Source: Calditrichia bacterium
GTDB taxonomy: Bacteria > Calditrichota > Calditrichia > RBG-13-44-9 > J075
Reading direction: 5' to 3'
DNA: 64,000 nucleotides
Assembly: GCA_050633245.1 (NCBI GenBank)
Contig: JBOEGD010000011.1
Span: 460,985 to 524,984 of the forward strand
Below the pieces are notes generated by a model. The model did no database searches. It was not told the DNA's origin and saw only the letters and a program-made list of their open reading frames with translations. The position numbers were made by a program, and so were the translations under genes. Below, in pieces: positions 10,047 to 20,378 of this stretch; within the stretch, counting starts at the first letter, position 1, and each line of letters opens with the position of its first letter.

Positions 10047-11720
10047 TCAATTTTTTAGTCGTTTATTAAGTTGATAGTTATAAAGCGAAGCTATGCTTAA
10101 ACCTTGCTGATTCACCCCTTCGATATACGCGTCAGGTCCATAATCCAACTGCAATATCCTATTTGAATTAAACCCGATAAATCTTGCCTGCGGACCGTCG
10201 GAGATGCCACCAATCGCGAGCACATCGCTTGCAGAAGTTTCATCCGGAAGATCAATTTTAACATCAATATTCCAGAAGGTATTGTATGCGCCATGCGTGG
10301 GTTTCCAATAACCGGCGCCACCATGTTGAAAAAGGTCTGCCTTCTCACTCAAACCACGAAGCCGAATATTATCGAACAAATTCTGATGATTTATACCGCA
10401 GTGTTGATCGAGGGTTGGGCGCTTGGTTATTAACACATCCGAAAACACGCCTGCCTTGCATCCGGTATTGAAGCTGATAGAGTGCATTTGCTCAGCATCT
10501 ACCCGTAGTCCTTTGACCAACATGTGGTTTGTTTTTCCCAGATGAACAGCATAATGTCCAAGTCGGCCATCTACAACAACATCCTCGATTGTTACAAATG
10601 CTGCATTATCACTAAGAATAGCATTATCAACATTTGTAAAGCTGACGTCCTTAATCCAAGAGTGCACAACATCGGTTAAATAGATGGCATTATATCCGGC
10701 TTCTAAATGATGTCCCATATAATCAGATTCCGGGAATTCGATAGAAAAGCCCTCAATACCAATTTCACTAAGCGGCTCGAACAACTCAACTTCAGCTGTC
10801 CAACCAGAACGTACATCGTGTAATAAAGGCTCCTTAACCAGAAGTTGACGTCCTTCAACTTCTTCAAGATTTACATACTGACTCAAAAGAGGTCGATGAC
10901 TGTTCTTCCAGTGCCTCTCACCTATCTTGACATCAGACTGATAAATATGTTTTAGCAGATCACTGCCTTCGCCGTCTTTATTGAACCAGTTTATTTTGAG
11001 CGTCTTGCCAACAAAGTCAGTTAAAGGCTCGGTATTACTATCAGGAGTTAAGACCAGATGCTTTTTACCACGCTTTGCCGACGAGATTGACAACGTTGAA
11101 GCCGGAAGCGAGTTCATATCGTATCTATTCAGATAAGCCAGGCCACGACTGTCTTTATTGCGAATCCAAATATATCCGCCGGTCCACGAAAACGGTGAGA
11201 ACAGCTTTTGCGATTTCTTAACACGCTTGTTATTACTGACAAGATACTCCTGTAGCTCCTGCATATGCTCGGGAAGAGGCAATTCTGAGAGTGGTTTTGT
11301 AAACTGCAAAACAGTTCCTTCAGAACCGCTTCCGCTACCACGCAAGACCAATTGCCCGCGTTGTAAATAGACATAGTCTGAAAGAAGGAGTTTGCCCGCT
11401 GGAAATTCGATCACAACATTGCCGGTCATATGCTCAGCTTTCGCCAGGGCCTCTTTCAGTGCCCGGGTATCATCTTTGGCATCATCCGGCACGGCACCAA
11501 AGTCGATCACCCGCAAAACATCACCCGTGATAGTCGGTTTTTTTTCACCACTGCGATAACCGGCATATGAAAAGTCTGGCAAATAAATTTCACCCGCCTC
11601 TGCCTTGGCTAACACTTCAGGCTGCCAGCTGTCGGACACAGCAGATTTTTCTGCACAGCCAAGGTAAAATAAGAGCAGGCAGACAATCGTCGATTGTAGT
11701 TGTCTCGGTTTTACTTGCAA
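10047..11720 (-). CDS. Lipoprotein with pectate-lyase-3-like parallel beta-helix, family unassigned
   Basis: Lipobox 'YLGC'; 'LPDFSYAGY'; 'VIDFGAVPDDAKDDTRALKEAL'; 'VLRGSG'; beta-helix rung periodicity. Confidence 0.65.
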   Translation of the reverse strand: MQVKPRQLQSTIVCLLLFYLGCAEKSAVSDSWQPEVLAKAEAGEIYLPDFSYAGYRSGEKKPTITGDVLRVIDFGAVPDDAKDDTRALKEALAKAEHMTGNVVIEFPAGKLLLSDYVYLQRGQLVLRGSGSGSEGTVLQFTKPLSELPLPEHMQELQEYLVSNNKRVKKSQKLFSPFSWTGGYIWIRNKDSRGLAYLNRYDMNSLPASTLSISSAKRGKKHLVLTPDSNTEPLTDFVGKTLKINWFNKDGEGSDLLKHIYQSDVKIGERHWKNSHRPLLSQYVNLEEVEGRQLLVKEPLLHDVRSGWTAEVELFEPLSEIGIEGFSIEFPESDYMGHHLEAGYNAIYLTDVVHSWIKDVSFTNVDNAILSDNAAFVTIEDVVVDGRLGHYAVHLGKTNHMLVKGLRVDAEQMHSISFNTGCKAGVFSDVLITKRPTLDQHCGINHQNLFDNIRLRGLSEKADLFQHGGAGYWKPTHGAYNTFWNIDVKIDLPDETSASDVLAIGGISDGPQARFIGFNSNRILQLDYGPDAYIEGVNQQGLSIASLYNYQLNKRLKN

Positions 11721-11753
11721 AGCCAGTGTTTCCCTTCAGCAACGAGATTTATT

Positions 11754-13529
11754 TTACTTCAACAGGAGTATTTTCTGAGACCGCTCACCAAAAGCCGTTT
11801 GCAGGCGAACAATATAGACACCGGATGGTATATTGGCGGCGTTCCACGTTTGGCGATATTCTCCGGCAGCGTAGCGTTCTCTGGTCAACGTTTTGATCCG
11901 TCTTCCGTCTACATCAAAGATCTGTAGTACTACAAACGAGGCTCTATCTATTTTGAATCGCAAAGTCGTAGACGGATTGAAAGGATTAGGGTAATTTTGA
12001 AGCAGCTTAACACCAGTGGGCACAATAGAAGTCTCACCATTTGGAGAAATTCCGGTGATGAGATCGTTTGCAAATGGCCCGACATCAGCAGCTGTCAAGG
12101 GTTGCCGCAGCACCCGCTCAGTACTGAATTCATCTGCACCTATATCCATGGCCGCTCCGCGAAGCTGCCCGTCTATGTCATCAATCAGTGAATAAGAGAT
12201 TACGGCTGCCGAATCTATTGCCGGACTTGTGGCGCTCAGTTTCCACATGTTATTAATGCGTTCGAGCAATGGATCGGCATACCGAATCTCAGAGTCACTC
12301 AGGCTTATTCCCGGCGTTGCATTCCCATCAGCGTGCATGAGGTTGCCCAGCCAGGCCATATTTGTTGGCTGTGTAAACAGCTTTACGAGCTCGTTCTGCT
12401 GTCCTACAACAAGATTGTTCCACACTTTAACGTCTCTTGGCGGCTTTGAGTAATTCCCATTATTAGTAAAGCCTATTTCAATATGATGCAAATTGTCGAC
12501 TAAGGTATTGTGTGCAACGATCGCGCGATTTATACGAAAGTGCCGACTTAAACTACCGCCGCCATCATAATCTCCATTCGTGAGCGCAATTGGTGCATCC
12601 CAGGTATTACCGGTTAGACCCTCAAAATAATTATTGATTATGACATGGTCATCTCCGTAGACACGAATACCGCCTGTTCCGGCTTTGTTCTCGCCAAGGA
12701 AAAAGTTGCCATCGACAGTGGTGCGATTTCCATGCCGCAGTGACAGTGTCCCCTGACTTCTGCGAAACGTATTATAGCGAACCGTATCATCACTGGTTTT
12801 CACCGAGACAATTTCAGGATCACCATCACAGTCCTCAAAGAGATTGTATTCTACCACGGTGTAGCCGCTGGACATCGACAATTCGCTCCATCCTACACGA
12901 ATCGCTTCTTTCTCATTCGTTGCACGTGGCCCGACATTGCGAAAATGGTTGCGATCAATTCGATCGTATTGCGAAGAAATATATGTCGGGTCTGGCGTGC
13001 CATCTACCGTGATGCAGTTTCCGGTTTCCAACTTATTCTCGAACAGGTTGTGGTCGATGCGATTGTGGTGGCTAAGTGCATTGGGGTCGTTCCAAATTCC
13101 TTGAATAATCACCCACTTCAATGAGCTTGTTTCCTGAAGCCTGAACGTGTTGCGGGTAATCCTAACGTTATTACAGGCCTGTAGCTTTACGACTGTCTGG
13201 TCGGTGCTTGTAAAAAGAAATCCTTCTAGAACAATCCATGCACATTGACGAAAATCAAAATATGATTCACCGGTAAGCTCGGCCATTCCAACATTTTGCG
13301 CGCGAATTACAATAGGCTCTTGCTCAGTTCCACTTGCATAGACGGTAATCGAACCCTCCGTATCGTATACACCATCAGCCACTTCAATACTATCACCTGG
13401 CTGAGCCGCAGCAACAGCATCTTCCAACTGTTCAACTGTGTTAACGACAATGGTAGATGCAGCAGCGAACTGAAATGCAAAGGAGATAATCGCAAAAGCA
13501 TATATCAGATTTTTCAATAGAAATTGCAT
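11754..13529 (-). CDS. PL6 polysaccharide lyase (chondroitinase-B fold) with T9SS-type CTD
   Basis: 'NRIDHNLF', 'NEKEAIRVG', catalytic 'EIVSVKTS' and 'LSLRHG'; CTD 'QNYPNPFNPST'. Confidence 0.88.
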   Translation of the reverse strand: MQFLLKNLIYAFAIISFAFQFAAASTIVVNTVEQLEDAVAAAQPGDSIEVADGVYDTEGSITVYASGTEQEPIVIRAQNVGMAELTGESYFDFRQCAWIVLEGFLFTSTDQTVVKLQACNNVRITRNTFRLQETSSLKWVIIQGIWNDPNALSHHNRIDHNLFENKLETGNCITVDGTPDPTYISSQYDRIDRNHFRNVGPRATNEKEAIRVGWSELSMSSGYTVVEYNLFEDCDGDPEIVSVKTSDDTVRYNTFRRSQGTLSLRHGNRTTVDGNFFLGENKAGTGGIRVYGDDHVIINNYFEGLTGNTWDAPIALTNGDYDGGGSLSRHFRINRAIVAHNTLVDNLHHIEIGFTNNGNYSKPPRDVKVWNNLVVGQQNELVKLFTQPTNMAWLGNLMHADGNATPGISLSDSEIRYADPLLERINNMWKLSATSPAIDSAAVISYSLIDDIDGQLRGAAMDIGADEFSTERVLRQPLTAADVGPFANDLITGISPNGETSIVPTGVKLLQNYPNPFNPSTTLRFKIDRASFVVLQIFDVDGRRIKTLTRERYAAGEYRQTWNAANIPSGVYIVRLQTAFGERSQKILLLK

Positions 13530-13554
13530 TGACTAGAATACCTTCCTTCGATTA

Positions 13555-16005
13555 TTATTTCAATCCTATAGATGCGCCATCAGTGGCCTTGCCGATCAGA
13601 CCGGATCCTTTTTCCAGGCGATAATCAAAAGCTTCAGGATTAACAAAATCGGGCTTAACGGAAAGCATGCCACCGGCGAGCACATTGTCATAGTAAGACT
13701 CAACCCGCCCGGATTTATATATGTTGCAATTTTTGACGCGCACCGTATTCCAGCGGCTTTCCTCAAACTTCACAGAACGACCACCGCGGCCGCTATTCAA
13801 AAAGATGCTGTTTTTAATTAACGCATTTTGAACACCGATAAGACGCAGCACCGAGCCTTGCTCCTTGTTGTTCACATTGTCGAACACGCAGTGGTCAACC
13901 GTCAAAAATGGTCCGAAGGTGCTTTCGTCATTCCCGCCGCGATATAAGTTTAGCGCCTCGCCCATAACATTTTGAAAGACATTATTAGTTAGGAAAACAT
14001 ATTCCGCGCTATACTTACCGCGGTCTTCTTTTTCCCACGACATACTCAAAGCCGTACCAGAGATCTTATTAAAAACGCAGTTGGTAAATGAAACCGTATC
14101 GCCGAAGGTGCTTTTAAAAGCTTTGAAGGCATTATGTCTGGATTCCTGAAAATCAAAAAAACGACAATTATCCACAAAAAGCGAATAGTGCTCAATCATT
14201 GGATCACGGCTGGTTCGAATCGCGCTTTCAGCAACCCCGCCACGTTCAGAATTACCATCGAATGCAACACCGCTTAGCTGAAGGCTACCACCATTCTCGA
14301 TTGCAATAAAGGAGTACGGACGGCTTCGTCCAACATGTAGCAGCAAGGGACGTTTGTCCAGACCGCTTTTTGCGCGAATAGTTAATGGATGAACAATCGT
14401 CAGCGACTCGGTCAGTTCATACTCTTCGGCGCTCGTCAATTCAATAATATCTCCCGGCTCGGAATTCGAAACGGCTTCAATCAATGCGTTACCAGACCCG
14501 GCGGCAATCGTTTTTCCACTACCGAATGCGGCAGACTTGGCTTCCGGCTTATACCACTTAACACCGGTGTTTTCCGGTGTTGCGTAAGGCTTAAATTCAG
14601 AGGCATTATCCAGCTGCAGTGCCCCGGCCGTCGCTGTTGTGCGTGGCTTACCAGTAATATCGGTTTTAAGAAAATCAAAGTCCTGCATTCCAAATCCTGC
14701 AACAGATGCCGATGTAGGAACATACAGCCCGGAACCCGATTTTTTAAATGCCGGGTCAATTCCAATGAAACCACGGGAGCGAAACGGACCGGCCTTGGTA
14801 TAAGCGACATTTGTTTTAAAGGTAATTCCTTTGATATCATCCAGAACGGTATAGATTTTACTGTTCCTCTCGTGTAGCATAATGTTATTAGCGATGAGAA
14901 TGTTTTCCGGTACATCGGTGCGCTCAAAATCGCTCCCGACAGCAAGCTCAATATTATCGCAGTTGATAAAGGTGTTGTTCGAAATGACACAGTCTTTCGC
15001 CTTATGATAGCGATTAAGCAGTGAGTTCGGTACACCATTCATCACCGCTAATGCTGCGCGAAAACGACCACCTTTAAGCCCATATAAGTAGTTATTGAAA
15101 ATTTTGTGACCGTTATTGATAACGCGAATCCCCCCCGTTTCCGGCTTGTCATTTCCGATGAAAAAGTTCTCGGATACGATATTGCGATCGCCATGGCGCA
15201 TCACTAAACTACCTTCACACTCATAAAAAGTATTGCGGCGAACTATATTATCAGACGATTTAATGGAAGCGATCTCCGTCTCTCCATTGCAGCGATAAAA
15301 GTAGTTGTCTTCAATAATAGTATTGGAGGAGCTAAGAGAATATGTGGACACACCTACCCGCAGCGTTTCACCACCATTCGAACCTAGTCTAGGCCGATAA
15401 CCGAAGAAGTTATGATCGATGCGGTGAAAGTTTTGCTGACTTCGCGGATCATTAAGCCTTACAACAAGTGCAACACCGCTGTTCTTTTTGTTTGCGAGGT
15501 AATTATGATCGAAACGATTATTTTTGCCATGCATATATACCCAGGAATCTTGCTTAAAGCGATCTTCCGGATTATAATTATCAATAACACAATTCGTAAC
15601 CCGGCAATTATTGGCAAGTGTTTTTCTATCTTTGCGAAATTCAATAACGGCTCCACGTGGCGTATGTCCATCAATAAAGGCTAGTCCGCTCACAACCAGA
15701 TGTTCACCGGCAAGACGCAATCTGGAGGCGCCGCTAAAGACAACTTTACCCGGCTCTTCAGCCATTAAGACGATTGGCTGATCTGCCGTGCCGGTTCCCT
15801 CAAATAATACATCGGCATCCATCCAGCTGCCATTTGCCAAAACAAGAGTATCGCCAGGTGCGGCGTTTGCGATTGCCGACTCAAGTGCAGAAACATTAGC
15901 TATTGTTCCTGATGTGCCACTTTCGGCACAGCCGAGAACCAGAAAAAACAGCAATGCTGAGCTTGCCAAATATGTCATTTTAGAAAAAAGTGAATCAGTT
16001 TTCAA
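13555..16005 (-). CDS. Two-domain PL6 alginate lyase, lipoprotein
   Basis: TTG start after AAGGAGGAG; lipobox 'VLGC'; 'NGGETLRVG', 'ETEIASIKS', 'LVMRHG', 'MNGVPNSLLNRY'; second beta-helix with 'YRGGNDESTFGP'. Confidence 0.9.
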   Translation of the reverse strand: MKTDSLFSKMTYLASSALLFFLVLGCAESGTSGTIANVSALESAIANAAPGDTLVLANGSWMDADVLFEGTGTADQPIVLMAEEPGKVVFSGASRLRLAGEHLVVSGLAFIDGHTPRGAVIEFRKDRKTLANNCRVTNCVIDNYNPEDRFKQDSWVYMHGKNNRFDHNYLANKKNSGVALVVRLNDPRSQQNFHRIDHNFFGYRPRLGSNGGETLRVGVSTYSLSSSNTIIEDNYFYRCNGETEIASIKSSDNIVRRNTFYECEGSLVMRHGDRNIVSENFFIGNDKPETGGIRVINNGHKIFNNYLYGLKGGRFRAALAVMNGVPNSLLNRYHKAKDCVISNNTFINCDNIELAVGSDFERTDVPENILIANNIMLHERNSKIYTVLDDIKGITFKTNVAYTKAGPFRSRGFIGIDPAFKKSGSGLYVPTSASVAGFGMQDFDFLKTDITGKPRTTATAGALQLDNASEFKPYATPENTGVKWYKPEAKSAAFGSGKTIAAGSGNALIEAVSNSEPGDIIELTSAEEYELTESLTIVHPLTIRAKSGLDKRPLLLHVGRSRPYSFIAIENGGSLQLSGVAFDGNSERGGVAESAIRTSRDPMIEHYSLFVDNCRFFDFQESRHNAFKAFKSTFGDTVSFTNCVFNKISGTALSMSWEKEDRGKYSAEYVFLTNNVFQNVMGEALNLYRGGNDESTFGPFLTVDHCVFDNVNNKEQGSVLRLIGVQNALIKNSIFLNSGRGGRSVKFEESRWNTVRVKNCNIYKSGRVESYYDNVLAGGMLSVKPDFVNPEAFDYRLEKGSGLIGKATDGASIGLK

Positions 16006-16048
16006 AACTCCTCCTTAAAGACGACTGTTAGTTACAGCCACCAAAGTA

Positions 16049-18409
16049 TTACCTGATGTTCAAACGTATTTTTTTTATCAATTTGTTATCGGTTTCAGTA
16101 TTAAGTGGCAGAACTTCCCAGCTTCCTGATGCGATTTTCTTTAACTCAACGCTGGTTTTTGCAGGACTGTTCAACTCAAGAAAGCGTAAGTCTAAGTCTG
16201 TGCCATTGTGAAAGAAGACAGCATAAGGTTCATCGTCCTTGTAGCTTATAGCAACCATTTCAGCATCAGTTTCTATTTCACCGAGGGTAAAAGAGGGTTG
16301 TTTTTTAACATAAAGCGTGTGTCGATAGGCTCCGGCAAAGATAACCACTTGACGGTACGGCTTGCGCTCAAACAATCTTATATCCGGAACAATCGAATCT
16401 GTCGCAGCCTGGGGATAAACAACTGTCTGAAATCGATAGTCTTCAACTCCCGCTTTCTCGAACTGCATCGAATGCGTCCAGAAATTCTGTCGCTTCGTTA
16501 ATTCCATATCAGAGGGATCGGCCTGTAAAATATGAAGTCGCTGGTTTTTAGTCGTTAACCAAGCTCGATTGTAAAGCTCGTCCAGTTGAAAATTGCCTTG
16601 CCAAATTTGCTGATATCGATGTGTTGCATCCGCTTGAAACTCGTCCAGGAAAAGCCAGCAAAAGGGTTTAAAAAATAGAATTTTTCGCTGGTACCGGACA
16701 TTTAGCGAATCATAAGCATTGTGGCTACCGGCAAAGAAGTCGAAGTTCGATCCGCTTTGCCAATCGAGAACTTCAGGCTTCGGTAGCTTGTCCCAAATGC
16801 CAAAGCCAGTTCGCGCATGGTTACTAATCCAATTTCCGCCCTGCAGCACATCATCTACCAGAGCAATGCTTTTAACCAAAGAATTCTTCATCGTACGATA
16901 CGATGGATCGTTGTAGCGAACTGCATAACTTGGCAGGATTTCCTCACCAAACGAAAAGCCGGTAACGCCAAGGATACCGCCATGCGTATGATCGGGCTTA
17001 TACTTTGCCAATCCGGCGTCAATCAGCATATAGAGATCACCTTTATCGCGTCCGCTCCTCATCACGTAGTATGCTGAAGAATCGAGTGCCGATGAGCTCG
17101 TGGGAGGCTTCGCTACTTTTTGATTTGCATAGTCCGCGATAACCGCTTCGTCAAAATACCAGGCATATTCAGCTGGCAGCTCCGGTTCACTAAAAAAACG
17201 ATATTCTGAGCTCTTGAACACCACCGCGCCAAGGCTAATAAACTGCTGCACACCTTTATCGGTAAGTTCTGCACCGTCTTGCCCACTATTCCGAGGCTTC
17301 AGTTTTTGCAAGCCATTCAGTACAGACGCAGGTGCTTGAGCATCCTGCATTACCGGGAGCTTAAAGTCTGGCCGGGCCAGTGCAACAATCGCATCGAACA
17401 TGCTGCGGAATCGCTGCACAAATAGGTCGGGAAGCTTTATGCCGTTCACCTTGGAAATCTGATAAATTCGAAAATAGTTCAAAATGTCCAGCTTGAAATA
17501 ATGCGATGCGCGCTCGAATTGAAAACCATCCGGTTTTATTTCAGTGGATATGTGCTCCATGATAACGCGCAATGCTTCCTTATTCCAATAGCGCATGACC
17601 GGCAACTCAGGATACATTGTGGACATTTCATAAAGCCCGGCTAAACCGTGTAGCTGGTGGTTTCCCCAATGAAACTTAATACAGTCATCAATTAGACGTG
17701 CTCCGTGCATGAGAAAAACGCGCAGCATATAGACACGCTTGTTCTTGATCTCTTTGCTGTTATGCATCAGTAGCTGATCGGCAAACAGCCAGTTGCGCAA
17801 GCGATGGCCTGCATAAAAGCGTTCAAATACGCTATTTCGACCGCGCTCTGTCTTCCCCGCCTGGTAATCCTGGACAAAATCTTTCATTTGCCCCTGCAAA
17901 ACATCAAGATAGACATCGTCTTTTTTTAGAAAATAGCTCAATGCAAAATCGGTCGCTCTGGCCTGACGAGCCAGATAGCGAACGGTGTTCGGCGTATGGG
18001 GGCGCCCCTGCAAATCTTTCCCGGGCTGAAGCCAATCCACATCTTTACCGTACGTAGCAACAAACTCATCCGCCCGCGCGAGAATAGCCCTTGTCTCATC
18101 CGGATAAGCATTCTTAAACGCCTTTGCCCTCTTGCGAATGTCTCTGGAGGCGAAAAAATAGTTCGGACGGGATTCAGCAAGCAAATAGGCATTTAAAGCC
18201 TTTAGCGCCGCGGTGGTGTCGCGTTTGGCCAGAACAGCTTTAACCTGCTGCATTGCATCTTCAGAAAAATCAAAGAGTGAAAAAAGCTCGCTGTCGGTAA
18301 CCAAACGATCTCTGGGCACCGTGTCTGTCTTCGAGCGCTCCTGTGCACTTGCCGTACAGATTAGGCAAATAGAGCAAATCAGAACTGAGATAAATCTTAA
18401 TGTGCGCAT
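16049..18409 (-). CDS. Heparinase II/III-fold polysaccharide lyase (alpha/alpha toroid + beta-sandwich)
   Basis: Likely start 18409 (MRTLRF, signal peptide). 'WGNHQLHG', 'DGFQFERASHYF', 'YYVMRSG', 'PDHTHGG'. Confidence 0.75.
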   Translation of the reverse strand: MRTLRFISVLICSICLICTASAQERSKTDTVPRDRLVTDSELFSLFDFSEDAMQQVKAVLAKRDTTAALKALNAYLLAESRPNYFFASRDIRKRAKAFKNAYPDETRAILARADEFVATYGKDVDWLQPGKDLQGRPHTPNTVRYLARQARATDFALSYFLKKDDVYLDVLQGQMKDFVQDYQAGKTERGRNSVFERFYAGHRLRNWLFADQLLMHNSKEIKNKRVYMLRVFLMHGARLIDDCIKFHWGNHQLHGLAGLYEMSTMYPELPVMRYWNKEALRVIMEHISTEIKPDGFQFERASHYFKLDILNYFRIYQISKVNGIKLPDLFVQRFRSMFDAIVALARPDFKLPVMQDAQAPASVLNGLQKLKPRNSGQDGAELTDKGVQQFISLGAVVFKSSEYRFFSEPELPAEYAWYFDEAVIADYANQKVAKPPTSSSALDSSAYYVMRSGRDKGDLYMLIDAGLAKYKPDHTHGGILGVTGFSFGEEILPSYAVRYNDPSYRTMKNSLVKSIALVDDVLQGGNWISNHARTGFGIWDKLPKPEVLDWQSGSNFDFFAGSHNAYDSLNVRYQRKILFFKPFCWLFLDEFQADATHRYQQIWQGNFQLDELYNRAWLTTKNQRLHILQADPSDMELTKRQNFWTHSMQFEKAGVEDYRFQTVVYPQAATDSIVPDIRLFERKPYRQVVIFAGAYRHTLYVKKQPSFTLGEIETDAEMVAISYKDDEPYAVFFHNGTDLDLRFLELNSPAKTSVELKKIASGSWEVLPLNTETDNKLIKKIRLNIR

Positions 18410-18453
18410 TGAACCCGGTCTTTTAAACTGGAGGTGAATTATATATAGAGATG

Positions 18454-20361
18454 TCATTTTATCAGAAGGGCTTTTCGCGTTGCTGTCCGAATACCATCAA
18501 CCCAAAGACTGTAAAAATATATTCCTGAAGGTAGCTGATCTGCCTGCCAGAGAAAATTGTGTTGCCCGGCAGCAAGCTTTTTTGACTGTGTTTTCAGAAC
18601 AACCTGTCCACGATTATTAACAATCTTTAGAAAGGCAATCGCAGACTTCTGAATTGAGAATCGAAACGTTGTTGTCGGGTTAAAGGGGTTAGGGAAATTC
18701 TGCTGAAGTTCGAAGAATTCAGGAACATTTCCGTTTACGACAGACGGTTCAGAAAGGCCGACTAGTATGCCGCGATCTTCCAGCTGAGCCAGAAAAAGTG
18801 AGCGCGGGTTTAATCCCTCAGTATTACTTCCTTCTATATATCCGGCTGGGACGTCAAACGAACACGGTGGACGATCTCCGGTTATGGTTCCAAAACAACC
18901 AATAGCGTAATTTTGCGAAGTCGGCGGCTGCTGAACATGTATTTCACCATTATTTACATCGCAAGCCCACGCTACTGAATGCGCAGCAGACCAGCCATGA
19001 CTTGTTCCAAAATAACCGCGGTTGTAAAGACCAATCAACCGTGGGTTTACACCAGAACGCGGACCATCGAGCTCTTTATGATTATCATAAAGCAATCCCT
19101 GGCTCCAGCGGCGGTGCCCCTCACTTCCGGCATAAGACCCCGATGCAGTGCAGTCCAGGAAGACAATTCCTGAAGTATAGCTGGTACCGTTGGACATATA
19201 GCTATGCCGTCCATTCGTGGCGTGACATTGCTTAAAGAGGATTTGCTGAGAAGCCGTATACGCGTTGAAGTTATAGCGCTTACCGCCTTCAATAATTGAG
19301 GCCGGATCCAGTGCCTGACACTTTTCAATAGTTATACGCGAGGCAGTGTTAGTATAGATGCCGGACAACCCGAAGTGCAGCACCGTGCAGTTACGCACCC
19401 AGGCATCCTCCACTTGTATTAAGTAAATTCCATTCCAGGCGTGGTTTTCGTCCGTTCCGCTTGCGGCATCGATATCAATTCGCAGATTTTCAATACCAAT
19501 ATTTTTCCGAAGACTAAAGCTCCTCTCTATATAGACATACGCTTGGGAAAGACTGCGAATCAAATTAGCAAAAAGCGGAGCATCAATCGTAATCTGGTTG
19601 CCATTGACCTCTTTGATATAGCGATTATAAACAATCGGCTGACTATCCGGTTGCCACGGAATATCGCTCCCGGTAGCGCCCGGTTCATCAGAAAAGGTTC
19701 CGCCGGAATCGATAGCAGCAAGCCAAGCTGGCGTGCAAGGATGGGTAATAATAATATTGTCACCAACGCTATACGGAGACGCATCGCTGACTTCAAACTG
19801 CGTATCTCCCAGCATAACCGAGTCAGTCACAATGCTACGCTGACTACCACTCAGAGAATCGCCCCAGCTGTTTGCAACGCCTCCACCGGCTATGAGCACA
19901 TCACGCTGGGCAGGCGAATTGCCGGTTGCATTAACAACGGTATTGGTCACAGGATCTTCACCGTCTCCTTCGCCCCGCAGCACCACGCCAGACACATTCA
20001 GGCGAATGATGCCACTTACTTCATACTCTCCGGCCGTTAGCAACACCGCTCCACGAAACCCACTGCTATCCAGCGGGACAGAGTTCATTGCAATAATTGC
20101 GTTTTGAATATGTTGTGTGTTGTCTCCAGCGATCGGAGAAATAGTCATGACCACCGGAACATCAGGAATTGGCTCATTGCTATTTCGGTAGCCTGCATAG
20201 CTGAAGTCCGGAATGCGATTGCCGGTAGCATCTTTTGCATACTGCAACTTGCCCTGGGCATCATAGAATACCAGTTGAGACTGCCAGGGAGTCTGAGCGA
20301 ATATGCAGACGTTCAAAACGACAAGGAGAAAGATCAATCGTGCGAGCGCAACATTCATCAT
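18454..20361 (-). CDS. Secreted parallel beta-helix protein with T9SS-type CTD, family unassigned
   Basis: 'GNRIPDFSYAGY', 'DNTQHIQNAI', 'GVVLRGEG', 'SEGHRRWSQGLLYDN'; CTD 'QNFPNPFNPTT'. Confidence 0.65.
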   Translation of the reverse strand: MMNVALARLIFLLVVLNVCIFAQTPWQSQLVFYDAQGKLQYAKDATGNRIPDFSYAGYRNSNEPIPDVPVVMTISPIAGDNTQHIQNAIIAMNSVPLDSSGFRGAVLLTAGEYEVSGIIRLNVSGVVLRGEGDGEDPVTNTVVNATGNSPAQRDVLIAGGGVANSWGDSLSGSQRSIVTDSVMLGDTQFEVSDASPYSVGDNIIITHPCTPAWLAAIDSGGTFSDEPGATGSDIPWQPDSQPIVYNRYIKEVNGNQITIDAPLFANLIRSLSQAYVYIERSFSLRKNIGIENLRIDIDAASGTDENHAWNGIYLIQVEDAWVRNCTVLHFGLSGIYTNTASRITIEKCQALDPASIIEGGKRYNFNAYTASQQILFKQCHATNGRHSYMSNGTSYTSGIVFLDCTASGSYAGSEGHRRWSQGLLYDNHKELDGPRSGVNPRLIGLYNRGYFGTSHGWSAAHSVAWACDVNNGEIHVQQPPTSQNYAIGCFGTITGDRPPCSFDVPAGYIEGSNTEGLNPRSLFLAQLEDRGILVGLSEPSVVNGNVPEFFELQQNFPNPFNPTTTFRFSIQKSAIAFLKIVNNRGQVVLKTQSKKLAAGQHNFLWQADQLPSGIYFYSLWVDGIRTATRKALLIK

Positions 20362-20378
20362 CTAAAAAACACCTTATT

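Noticed and set aside
10047-11720. AlgE/AlgG mannuronan epimerase call
   Set aside because: Only the generic beta-helix cap is shared; the YGFDPH motif is absent.
14389-15038. Long alternative-frame ORFs (162-199 aa here and at 19441, 29098, 46215)
   Set aside because: They are shadows of well-supported genes, with no motifs or RBS.
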